Source: Octopus sinensis (lineage: Eukaryota). From it: a stretch of DNA of 64,000 nt. Shown piece by piece: positions 25,651-41,343 of the stretch. The stretch lies in assembly GCF_006345805.1 (NCBI RefSeq), contig NC_043004.1:11470001-11534000 (forward strand). Direction: 5' to 3'. The position numbers were made by a program, and so were the translations under genes. Position 1 is the stretch's first letter. Every line of letters begins with the position of its first letter. The notes under the pieces were generated by a model. It made no database searches, was not told where the DNA came from, and worked only from the letters and a program-made list of their open reading frames with translations.

Positions 25651-26698
25651 CTGTATGTAATATATACATATATAAAATAAATAAAGCGTTCGATGTTGTG
25701 TTGGAGATTTTCATACTATTTGCTGTTTTGACTAATTTCATCTAAAATACATATTTTGATGTCTGAAACTATATTTTATCAATTCTTATATTTTTCGAAG
25801 AAAAGGGTTACTTTTCGTATACTGTTTCGCTTACACACACACATGCACAAAAGAAAATACACATACATACACACAGAGACGCACACACACACATTCACTT
25901 ATGAACACACACACATATATACACACAAACACACACACACAAAAAAAATTACACACGCGCGCGCACACACACATACACATACACACACACACACACAAAA
26001 GAAAATACACACGCATGCATGCACACATTCACTTACAACCGCACACACTTACACACACAAGCACAGGAAAATACACACACACACGCACGCTGACACCCAT
26101 ACACACTCACTTACAAACACACACACAAATGAAAGTACGCACACACGCACAAACAGTCAATTACAAATACACTCACACATACACACACACATGCAGTCAC
26201 TCACAAGCACATGTACGTGCACAAAAAAATACACACACATACACACGCACATGTGCGCACACGCAAGTTTACGTACGCATGCACACTTTCACACTCGTAG
26301 ACATCACGCACATGCCCGTGCTCAAACATGCAAACCTACACCAACACACTCGGCTTCAACCAGACCAAAAACTATAAGAAAACTTCTTTTTTGAAACGGA
26401 GGAAATCAAAGAAATAGAATTACGTAAAAAAACATAAATAAGAAGAGACAATAACATAGAAAAGAATGAAGGGAAAAATAATTGTAAAAGTTAAAAATGA
26501 CATAAGAACACACACATATACACACACAGGAGTAAATGTATATATGCATAAATGCGGGTGTGTATGTATATGCATATCTATAAAATCGCCTCACATGCAA
26601 GAAGAGAAACAGTGATGCTTATATATATACATATATAGATACATTCTTTCCTACGTATATATACACACACAAATATATATCTATACATTCATTTATAT

Positions 26699-26742
<44 letters not shown>

Positions 26743-26851
26743 CATATATATATATATATATAGATACATACATATCATATATATATATACACCACATACA
26801 TATATATGAGATATGTATATATATATATATAATATATATATATATATACAT

Positions 26852-29743
<2,892 letters not shown>

Positions 29744-29772
29744 TGTATGTATGTATTATATATATACATATA

Positions 29773-29830
<58 letters not shown>

Positions 29831-30578
29831 ATTTATAAAATATAATTAAAATAAGGACACTGGCATGCCTGCGCCTGTACGCTAAAAGTAGATGTCAAAT
29901 ACCTATAATCCACTGTAAATTAGTTCTCCCTTTATAACCCTAGGTCGGATGCGAGGTAATGCGCAAGATGATATACAAAATTTCGGATAATCCTATATCT
30001 TAAGATGAAATACTTTTTGAAGAATAGGAGTGAAAGCGGATTTCAAGTTTCCACCTGCTAGCTTTCGTTGGACGAATGCCAGTAAGTGAAAATTCGATGT
30101 CACTGGCACCCTTCTTTTTCTTATAGTTCTAGAAAACAAAATAGAAAACCTATTGAGTAATTCTCTAAGTTACTGTAAAATGTGTTGTTTTTTAAATTGT
30201 AATCCGAGATCAAAAGTAAAGTGAGATGAGAGAGCAGATTTCATCTCCATTCGTTAACAGCTGTTTCATAATTTTTAGTGATATGATATATATTACATTA
30301 TCATGAACACACATATAAAATACACACTCGGTCTCATAGACACGCATACACACACATGCATGCATATACACACGCGCACACACACATACACACATATATG
30401 TATGTACACCCAGATAATCAATGGTGCTGAGAAGGGAACTAACAAACTAATTCTTAGAGCGATTCATTCTAGTTAAAAACAACCCTACTAGAGAGAGTAA
30501 GCTTTCAGTACACACACACACACATACATACATACATACACACACATACACACACATATATATATATATATATGAATT

Positions 30579-30610
<32 letters not shown>

Positions 30611-30611
<1 letters not shown>

Positions 30612-30790
30612 GGGAAGAGACGTCAAGATAGAAAATGCTAAAATAATTTTATAAAAAACATTCAGTAACGGTTTCAGTCATTGAGACTTATTCAACTGTA
30701 TGTATGGAAAACAATTAAATTTAAGAAAAAAACTAAAATAAGTTTTTTTAAAGAATACTTGCATAGTGTTCAAATACAAGTGGCATTTTC
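30611..30790 (-). mobile_element. Single-arm copy of the 2560-family PLE terminal repeat
   Basis: HHR-like motif at 30663-30698(-): cag-TTGAATA-agtc-tcaat-gact-GAAAC-cg-TTA-ctg. Confidence 0.7.
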
Positions 30791-31645
30791 TTTATTTCAG
30801 CCTGTCTCTGTCTCTCTTGTTTACTCTTGTGGATTGGAGGTTCTTGTGAATTCCCCGAGGAATGTGAAGACGCGGGCTAGAATGCGGAGCATTTTCCAAT
30901 CGAGATCGGATATAGAGAATTCGTTGAACACAGTGTGAGGTGACCGTTGTTATCGTTAGATCTACCTCGTCGTAATGCAATTATCACCACGAGTCATATC
31001 TAAACTACAATTGAAAAAACAAACCACTGGATGTTGTTAAAAAGAAACGGTGTGCAACAGCTAGAAGGTTATTGAGCGAAACCAGATAACCTGTTGATCT
31101 AGCAAGCGGGGCCTCATTTCATGCGGTGGGGCCGGTGCGCAATGATACCATCGAGACGTAGGACCCGAAACGTGCGCTTTCTCTCCTGGTAACCCCATAA
31201 ACTTGCTAGCATCCGGTATGCGGAGCTTTCAACTAGCAGTACTTGCAACTGCAAGTTGTTTGCAAAAAAAAAAATGGAAACATAAATATATTCACAAGCA
31301 ATAAATGTACTGAGCATGTTGCCATTTATGATTTACTTTGAAGGAACAATAGCTCTCGTTCAATACAAATACAGGGAAAGATGAAGTAAATAAATACATT
31401 AAAGTAAAAAATAAATCGGAAAAAAACCCCAAAAAATTCAAATAATCAGAAAAATATATAAGTAGATAATAGAATAGGTTTATCAAAGAAATTGGCTTCG
31501 AAGGGAGATATGGATATTAAGATAGAGCAATATTCTAAGATAGATTTCCTATTCTAGTATTAATTTAAATGAATAATAGAGTAAGTAAATAAAGAAATAA
31601 CGAAAGAAATAATTAAAGAAAAGACGAAAAGACAAATGGTCAGTA

Positions 31646-31697
<52 letters not shown>

Positions 31698-32831
31698 GAA
31701 CAAAATAAGGTTTAAAAGAAAGTTCAAAGTTAGGAAGGAGGGCTTAAGTTATTGGAATTTCACGCACTGCTGGTTTTGAAGGACGGCAGCGTATTTTCAA
31801 AAACAATGATTATGGCATCAGCATACACACATATTCCCATTATGTGTTTAAGCACAAGTACATTAGATCGTACGTTCATATATTAACATGTGAGTATTAG
31901 CAAGTACACTCATATACATTTAGAGAGAGGTAAAGTGAGAGTGAGAGAGAGATACGTGAATATGTTATTTCTTATACATTCTAATCAAAAGGCTCATAAT
32001 TTCCTGTACACCGCGTTTCACGTTTCCGCTTTTTCAGCTGGTAATCTGAGTCAGTTTACTCTTGAATTATCTGCCGTTTGAATATAATTTTGAAATATAT
32101 GTATGTTTTCCAGAAAATGCTAATAAAATCTCCGTTTTCTGCAACACATAGATTTCATATCGTATTTCATCAATAAACTAATGTTTATCTATAATCAGTC
32201 ATATTTATTTGTCTTCGTATAGCGTTTTAGTTTTCACAAAGGACCTATATAAATTTCTGTTGATTCACCGAGAAGCGATAAATTACAGAACCTAATATAT
32301 AAATATAGAGTAACATGTACATTTGACCTCAGTAACAAAATGCTGTAAAATATTCCCCTGGTTATTTGTGGTTGTTCAGCATCCTATTGCACTCGGAACA
32401 TGCAATACAGAGATTGTAAATAACCACAATGGTGAAGAGTAAATAGGGAACAAATGATATAAACTTGTGTTTATCATCATTTCTCCTACATTTTGTCAAA
32501 ATATTATAACTGATAATACTACAATAGACGGATAACTGTTATACTGGAAGCTGACTGAATGATGTCAGTCTACTTGCAGTTCTAATCTCAACTGTAGCAG
32601 TCGTACATCTGAGCCTATACACCCGATATTATGGGCGTTTGCTGCGAACAAGAGTGTCACTGTCTTTCATCTTTTACTTGTTACGGTCATTGCGCTGTGT
32701 CAATGCTGTTACAGCCCCTTGAAGCAGTACTTATTTTGTAGACTGCTACTTATCTGTCCGTCTATTTTTCCGAACAGATAAGTTACGGCGATGTAAACCA
32801 ACCTACAATAATAGTATCAAGCTGTATGTAT

Positions 32832-33282
32832 TTGAACTCAGAACGTAGTGGCAGACGAAATACCTATTTCTTTACTACCCACAAGGGGCTAAACACAGAG
32901 AGGACAAACAAGGACAGACAAAGGGATTAAGTCGATTACATCAACCACAGTGCGTAACTGGTACTTAATTTATCGACCCCGAAAGGATGAAAGGCAAAAG
33001 TCGACCTCGGTGGAATTTGAACACCAGAACGTAACGGCAGACGAAATACCTATTTCTTTACTGCCCGTAAGGGGGTAAACACAGAGAGGCCAAACAAGGA
33101 CAGACAAACGGATTAAGTCGATTATATCGACCCCAGTGTGTAACTGGTACTTAATTTATCGACCCTAAAGGATGAAAGGCAAAGTCGACGTGGGTGGAAT
33201 TTGAACTCAGAACGTAGCGATGGGCGAGACACCACTAAGCATTTCGTCCAGCGCGCTAATGACTCTGCCAGCTCGCTGCCTT
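32832..33282 (-). mobile_element. SINE family A with a tandemly repeated body
   Basis: Three occurrences of tttgaac..cagaacgta about 180 bp apart. Confidence 0.85.
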
Positions 33283-33836
33283 ATCTGTAATGATAATAAA
33301 CATTATTGAGGAATAATTGAATTAACTAAACAACCACCACCACCTCATAGATATTCATGCCTTGTATTAAAAAAATGAGACGAATAGGACCATGATTAAG
33401 ATGGTACTAAGACAACAGGAAGAAGGGGCAGCGTCAAATTTATGACTCGACAGGGTATTTTCCCTCAAACTCTTATTTCATGGGATCAAATGAAAATAAG
33501 GACTACTGGTTCGAGTTTGATGAAAACATTTAAAGCTGTGTACTAGAAAACATTTCCAACCGATCTTCGGGTTAGTAAAATAATCCTTTCTATTATAAGC
33601 ACAGGTCCTGAAATTTGGGGGAAGGGGATAGTCGATTACAGCAACCCTAGTGGTTCACTGGTACTTAATTCATCGACCCCGAATGGATGATAGGTAACTT
33701 TCTCGAGCTACTAACGGAGACTAAAGGTCCTCGTTCAACTTGTTAGAAACATCAGACCCATCCTTTCGAATCGATCCTACCCTCGTAAAACAATAAGGGC
33801 TGCATTTGATAATGCAGTCGTACATATAATAGAGTA

Positions 33837-34131
33837 GAGGCACATGGCCTAGTGGTTAGAGTAGCGGAGTTCGAATCTCAGACTAGACGATGTGTGTGTT
33901 TATGAGCGAAACACCTAGGTTCCACACGACTCCGGCAGAAGGTAACGGCGCACTTCTGCTGGCTCTTTCGCCACAACTTTCTCTCACTCTTTTTCTTCCT
34001 GCATCTTGCAGCTCACCTTCGACGGACCGGCGTCCCATCCAGGTGGGGAACCTATACGCCAAGGAAACCCGGAGACCGGCCCTTATGAGCCAGGCGTGGC
34101 TCGAGAAGGAATAAACAACAACAACAACAAC
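33837..34131 (+). mobile_element. SINE family C variant with (CAA)n tail
   Basis: gaggcacatggcctagtggttagag..gagcgaaacaccta..aacaacaacaac; tataataga on both flanks; deleted copy at 40195-40372(-). Confidence 0.8.
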
Positions 34132-35042
34132 GTATAATAGAAAGATCAGTTGTTTCATTTGGAAGGATTCCTCAATCAAGTTGAACCTGGGTCTAAGGCA
34201 CAAGAAATTCATAATATATGCACGTTATAATATATTCAGTATGTTATAGATTTGACGGCCGTGTACCTAAACGGACTCCCTGTTCAGTGAAAACGCTGCC
34301 GTATAACCACGATTGCAACTAATAAAGAAAAAGTGTCAATACTTCTGAGTTTGAACAACGAACTCATATCACTCTGACTATTAAGCAATAGTTCTCAAAT
34401 GGTTTCGTAAAGTGTACTTTGGTGCGTTGTCGTTCTTTAAAGTTATTATTGGAATGTATATAGAAAATTCTATAAAAATATTTGAGCGTTTTGAAAAATG
34501 TGTTATTCACAATTTTTTTTGTATACGCCTGTATGATTAATAAAAAAAGATAAGAAATAGTTTTGCATATTGTCTTTTTTTATACGTAACTTTTAGTTTT
34601 AAAACAATTTTGTTTAACTTCCTATGCGAAATGCACCAGTAGTTTTATTGTGGTTTTTTTTTAGGTTTTTTATTTTCACTTTCGTTACAAGTTACATCAG
34701 TAACAATTTATTTTATCTCTAATGCGACACGAACTATTAAAATAAAAAAAAAGACTGAGAACTGCTGATACAGTTAAACAACGACCATCGATAGGATGGC
34801 ACTGCAGCGGCAACGAGCTAATGAGGCGCCTCAACCTGGCAGCATGACCTGTGAGAAGTAACGGACAAAAATATCCCTCAAATCAAATACTACCAAAACA
34901 AAAATGAATGATCATTGGACTGTGTGACTCGAGATATCTTGCATCGAAAAATAAAATGGGATTGTCATGGTTGGAAACCCAATAAACTGTAGAACTGCTC
35001 GACTTGCGGCCAAACAGCAACTACTGCTACTACTTCTACTAC

Positions 35043-35248
35043 TACTCTTTTACTTGTTTCAGTCATTTGACTGTGGCCATGCTGGAGCAACGCCTTTAGT
35101 CGAGCAAATCGACCCCAGGAGTTATTCATTTGTAAGCCTAGTATTTATCCTATCGGTCTGTTTTGCCGAATCGCTAAGTTACGGGGACGTAAGCACACCA
35201 GCATCGGTTGTCAAGCGATGTTGGTGGGACAAAAACAGACACACAAAC

Positions 35249-35306
<58 letters not shown>

Positions 35307-35470
35307 GACGAGCTTCTTTCAGTTTTCGTCTACCAAATCCACTCACAAAGCTTTAGTCGGCCCGAGGCTATAGTAGAAGACACTTGCTCAAGTTGCCACG
35401 CAGTGGGACTGACCCCGGAACCATGTGGTTCGTAAGCAAGTTACATACCACACAGCTACTCCTACGCTTA
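35043..35470 (-). mobile_element. SINE family B
   Basis: Full-length copy. Confidence 0.9.
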
Positions 35471-36180
35471 CTAAACATCCTGCATGTTACACTGCGTTAA
35501 TGGTGAGGGAGTCGGGAAAGTATTGAAGTATTGTCGACTGTGGTAGATACCCATGCAGCACGCTTGTGACTACACGGGCACATGAAACAGTTTGCGAAAG
35601 CATGGTACGAAATTACTAAACGATCATACTACCCTAGCAGTGACAAATAGTTGCATTGTACTTGTAGTCAAACAGACACCATAACAGTAAACGAGTGGAA
35701 ACATGGTTCCAACGTTTATTTTGTGAGGTGGCGCTATTCAGAAGGAGAAATAGGAACCAATGCTGAGCAATGCTTGTTGTTTATGATATTGTTGATAATA
35801 CTGTATCTCGCTCCTAATACGCTATGTTATGTAAGTCCTAATTTTCCAATAGCCTCAATCCATTGCCAAGCGCATTATCGTAAAAATACTTAATATAATG
35901 AAACAATTTTAGAAAAATATTTAAATTTATGCATCAAAATAAAATCAGGAAAATTTATAAAACGCAGAATTTGTACGATTTCTGCGATTTAATCATAATC
36001 GTCTATAATACAATTATGAAAAACACGTTCTTTAAGAAGATCAAGTATTAAATATGGATTTTCTAAAGCCTTAAATTATATTTTTGAAAATCCATAGAGC
36101 ACTGTTTGAAAACCGCTGAGTTATGCTAATGAGAAACCAAAATAACAACAGCAACAATGACGAAGATGATGATGATGATG

Positions 36181-36232
<52 letters not shown>

Positions 36233-36246
36233 TAATAATAATAATA

Positions 36247-36562
36247 ATAATACAGTTCTATATTTAAGAGATATAGTTGATGATTTCCAACGGTTGTGAT
36301 AGATCCTCTTACTGTCTTACGGACGAGGGCATGTTCTGCCCTTTCCGCTACTCTTCTAGCTTTATATGAATCCACTGGTGTCATTATATTCAAGCCATGT
36401 GATATTAGCTTTGACTCTCTACATCTACACAAGGAAGTTAGATGGTTTGAAAGACAAGCTAGTTTTTGATTGAGTTTCTCTATATAACTCCATTGAAGTC
36501 TAATGTCGGCTCCGTACCGATTTGATAATACAGTTCTATATTTAAGAGATTAGTTGGTGTTT
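36247..36562 (-). mobile_element. PLE-derived fragment encoding a Penelope ORF N-terminus, with a short terminal direct repeat
   Basis: SNRYGADIRLQWSYIEKLNQKLACLSNHLTSLCRCRESKLISHGLNIMTPVDSYKARRVAERAEHALVR; ataatacagttctatatttaagagat at both ends. Confidence 0.55.
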
Positions 36563-36573
36563 TAATAATAAAA

Positions 36574-37055
36574 CCTGATGCAGTCCCAGGCAGTGACTCT
36601 CATGGCTCCTGATCCTAACTGACTGGAAGTGTTATCATGTACATTGTTTTATCTTGGTATAAAAGATGGGCTACAGCAAATATTCTGCTCAATTCCACAG
36701 ATTTGCTTGTCAGTTGCTTGACCTTAGACAATTGTGCATGTCCCTTAGTGGCTGACGATATGTGTATCTCTGATCATGAACAAAAGTAGTGGAGGAGCAT
36801 CATAGCCTTGTGTTAAGAGGACTTCTTTGGAGTTTGCATAATTCACCTATAGAAACATGGGTGTTTCGTTCAACATCTCTATTCAGGTACAGTTTGAGTA
36901 GGATGACTACTCGACCTGACGAAAATTCTAACTAGGCTTCACCTGCAAGGTCATGCGCTGTTTACCTTGATTTGAGAACACGTCGTGCACGTGTGGTTCT
37001 GATGCATGTGCCTGGTGTACCCTTATCAGACGGGTAGTCATGCTCTCTCACTCAA
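36574..37055 (+). mobile_element. Non-coding retroposon with (TAA)n tail
   Basis: Second copy at 62750-63088(-); both end in ctctctcactcaa followed by (TAA)n. Confidence 0.75.
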
Positions 37056-37078
37056 TTATAATAATAATAATAATAACA

Positions 37079-37110
<32 letters not shown>

Positions 37111-37116
37111 GATGAA

Positions 37117-37152
<36 letters not shown>

Positions 37153-37355
37153 ATAAAGAGTGCCATTATCATCTAGTAAGCGATGTTTCGACATCTCGTC
37201 TGTCTTCAACAGGTTCAGAAAGATAATTTTGCCAATCTACTTCATTTTAGTTAATATATAAGGGATTGAGGTAACTCCTCCAGAAGATATTCTTTTACTT
37301 TGGACTCTATATCTTCTGGAAGAGTTACCTCAATCCTTTATATATTAATAATAAT

Positions 37356-37389
<34 letters not shown>

Positions 37390-37418
<29 letters not shown>

Positions 37419-37497
37419 AAGAAGAAGAAGAAGAAGAAGAAGAAGAAGAAGAAGAAGAAGAAGAAGAAGAAGAAGAAGAAGAAGAAGAAGAAGAAGA
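37390..37497. repeat. (GAA)n microsatellite
   Basis: Direct inspection; similar tracts at 39004-39088 and 41461-41525. Confidence 0.95.
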
Positions 37498-37914
37498 GAA
37501 AAGGAAGATAGCAAAAGAAGAGAAAAAGAAGAGAGCAAAACAGAAGAAGAAAAGGAAGAAGTAGAAGTAGAACAACAACAACAAGGAGAACAGGAACAAG
37601 AACAAGAATTTCTTAATCGGTCAAAGAGGCTGCAAAAGAATATTTAGGACGATATAATGATATACTGGTACGTGTAAACAATAACAGCAATAACAAAATG
37701 GAAATTATAAAAACAATGATCCTGTGGAGTAAGCAAGGAATCCTACAGATTATGGGTCATCCACTCAGTCAAGCTCACTACTGGGAAGCGATTATCGCCA
37801 TATCCAACACGCACCAGCCTAGAGTTATTTTCAACACATTCGAGTTATCTTCAACACATCATTCACCTGTCAATCAATATATTGGAGGACAGCATGTTAC
37901 TTTTAATCTTCACG

Positions 37915-38856
37915 TCTGGTATTTATTTTAGCAAGGTAACGAGATGTCAACATCGTTAGCACGCTGGACAAAATACTTCGCGGCATTTCCTACGGCCGTT
38001 CAGGTTGTGAGTTCAAATTTCGCCGAGGTCAACCTTGCCTTTCATCCCATCAGGGTCGATAAAATAAAATAGCAGTCAAGTAGAGAGGCCGATATAATCG
38101 ACTTATCCCATTCCCTCAAGATCGTTATCCTTGAAACTTGCAAATGGAACAAAAAAGTTAAGGCATGACCTGAAATGACAGAGTCTGATTTCAACCGTTT
38201 TAGTCTCATCCATTATACAACATCTTTCGTCATAGCAGAGGAAATATCCATCCTCTTCTCGGACAAAATAAGGCGACGAGGCAATCATCACGATGGAATA
38301 GGCCAATATCCAAATCCAACTTACACATGATAGCAACTGTTTGACATAACTCCTAAGTGAGCTATGCTAGAGTCATGTCCTTGTATGTGTGCATCAGATA
38401 GAGTTTGGTCTCTGTATGCCTGACATATGCTTGTATATGTTTACACTATATAGGAATCTATTGTTTATGTTTTGTTCCTTTGTGTTCTGTGACTAACCGG
38501 TTTGCCACTTAGCATTGCAAACCTACTCATTACCTCGAGCCCTAAGGTTCACACGGTTGATTACTTGGTGTCCTTGGCGTAAAAAGTGTTCGAGATCACA
38601 GCATCCTCTGAATGAAACGCTGGTCCCTTGCAAGTTTCGAGGATAACGATCTTGAGGGAATGGGATAAGTCGATTATATCGGCCTCTCTATTTGACTGCT
38701 ATTTTATTTTATCGACACTGATGGGATGAAAGGCAAGGTTGACCTCGGCGAAATTTGAACTCACAACATGAACGGCCGTAGGAAATGCCGCGAAGTATTT
38801 TGTCCAGCGTGCTAACGATGTTGACATCTCGTTACCTTGCTAAAATAAATACCGGA
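37915..38856. repeat. Near-perfect 229-bp inverted duplication of a decayed SINE A copy
   Basis: 37915-38143 versus 38628-38856, about 5 mismatches by eye; 484-bp spacer. Confidence 0.95.
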
Positions 38857-39126
38857 TTGAAAGATGTACTAAGATGTTTGAAGATCGGGCAGGAATTGAG
38901 ATTGTCGTGGTAAATTTCATGTAGGACTTTTGGAGGCATTGCCTGCTTAAGTGATTATCGTTTCCAACTAAGAGATTAAGTTTATCAGTACCACAACTAC
39001 AATTTCTTCTCCTTCTTCTTCTTCTTCTTCTTCTTCTTCTTCTTCTTCTTCTTCTTCTTCTTCTTCTTCTTCTTCTTCTTCTTCTTCTAGTTTTTTATTG
39101 ACGCCATCATCATCATCATCATCATC

Positions 39127-39160
<34 letters not shown>

Positions 39161-39630
39161 GCAGCAGCAGTACCGTCAGAAACAGCATCAGCTTTCATCC
39201 TCATCTACTTTTTCCACCTTTGTTCAGGCATCTCAGGTAACCTGTATTTTTTTGTGGGGTGGGGTGTTTCATTTTGTCAAGTGAATATACAGAAACCCAT
39301 CCTTACTAGACACAGATCAGTTTTATTCTTCAGTAACCAAGGTTTTGGTGGCGCATTCAAGATTTTAACCAAAGATCATCCAAGCAACTCTCTAATAAAT
39401 TTTAAATACATCTGGATTTCGGAGCAGTCTTACTTGCAATTCTAAACAAACCTTAGTTTCGCCAGTATAGATGGCCTGTAGACGGGACAGCAAGACAATT
39501 CCAAATCAGAGTTGTCCGCATCTTCGCAGTTGATTTTAAGTTGGCTTAGATCTTCTTTGTAGTGGGGAGCGCCATGTTTTCTTATGTTTGTCTTTCTTCG
39601 TACTTCTGGCGGTTTCCATTATGTATCTAT

Positions 39631-40036
39631 ACTCTCTCTTTTACTCCTTTACTTGTTTCAGTCATTTGACTGCGGCCATGCTGGAGCAACGCCTTTAGTC
39701 AAGAAAATCGACCCCAGGACTTATTCTTTGTAAGCCTAGTACTTATTCTATCGGTCTCTTTTGCCTAATCACTAAGTTATGGGGATACAAACACACCAGC
39801 ATCGGTTGGGGGGGGGGGCAAACACAGACACACAAACATATACACACACGCATACATACATATACATATGTATACATATATACGACGGGCTTCTTTCAGT
39901 TTTCTTCTACCAAATCCACTCACAAGGCTTTTGTTGGCCCGAGGCTATAGTAGAAGACACTTGCCCAAGGTGCCACGCAGTGGTACTTAACCCGGAATCA
40001 TGTGGTTGGTAAGCAAGCTACTTACCACACAGCCAC
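39631..40036 (-). mobile_element. SINE family B
   Basis: Family similarity. Confidence 0.9.
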
Positions 40037-41231
40037 AAGCATTCATTCTTGTGGCAGTCAGAAAACATGGCCCGCAAGTATCATTCATTTTTTCCGCCAT
40101 ACTCTCCCGCAGGCTACACAAATTTGTTTTTCTCACTTCTTCAGAAGTGATTCTGTTCCTGTAAGCGCTCTTGATTATACTGGATAGAACCATTGTGTTG
40201 TTGCTTGTTCATTCTCGAGCCATACCTGACTCATAATTACATTTCTGTCGGAGCCGCGTAGAGCTTAGGTGTTTCGCTCATAAACACACACACACATCGT
40301 CCGGTCTAAGATTTGAACCTGCGATCCCTCGACCTCGACTCCGCTGCTCTAACCGCTAGTTCATGTACCTCCGCGGATATAACCATTAGTGAAATGTATT
40401 TATCTCTGAGTGATCTTAGCAATCATTTTCGAAGTTTCTTCCGTGCAAACTATTGTTGCTATGAGAATGCACTAGAATACAAGGATTTTCATTCGGTTTC
40501 AAATTCAATTACTGGCATGAATTTTGATCATTCCTCTCAACACCGCTCCATTCTGGAGTTGTCATCTACCTCATGTACCACCCTGTAGCAATTAAGCTGC
40601 TAAAGTAGGTGAAATTGGAGACAAGAACTCATTAATTTTAATATTTGTTCTTTATTTTACAGGTACAAGTTTAATTGTTAAAAATTTGCTTTGCATCACT
40701 GCATCAAATATTTTAGCTCACGTTCGTCTATATGTCCGGTGTTGTAGGCATCCATGAGAGATCTCCCCTTCTGTAAATTAAAGTTTATTTCATGACTTGA
40801 AAATTATATGTTATTCAGTTGAAAATGATTGCTAATTTGGTGGAAAACAAGAAATGCTCGCCGATCAGTGATTCCCATATTTATATGAGTATTCACATGA
40901 AAATTAAGATTAATTTGCTGGAAAATGAAAAATTCTTTCTGATCAGTAGCCCTGATAAGTGATCAACCGTTAGTCTTCTTGCAAACTCAAATGATTGTTA
41001 CGATTGTTTATTTTTATTAAAATTTTTTTTCTTTCTATTATCCGATTGATTGAAACAAATAGTATTTTTTTTCATATATATATTAGGTTAAACAAACGCA
41101 TCAAAACGCCAAGATTGTTTGAGTTGATAATAATAGCTCAGCGAAAATATTAGGAACTGCTTCAAGCAGACCACGTCTTTTAATGTCTCTCTCACTCACT
41201 CCTTTCTTCGCTCACTCTCTCTCGCTCCCCC

Positions 41232-41304
41232 TGAAACGATTTTTGAAATATTGCCATTGTCTACAGATAGGTAGGTCATTTTCCTTTTTTCTCTCTGTCT
41301 GTCT

Positions 41305-41343
<39 letters not shown>

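Noticed and set aside
32832-33282. Regularly spaced repeats as a CRISPR-like array
   Set aside because: Whole units of about 180 bp are repeated with no unique spacers; eukaryotic SINE multimer
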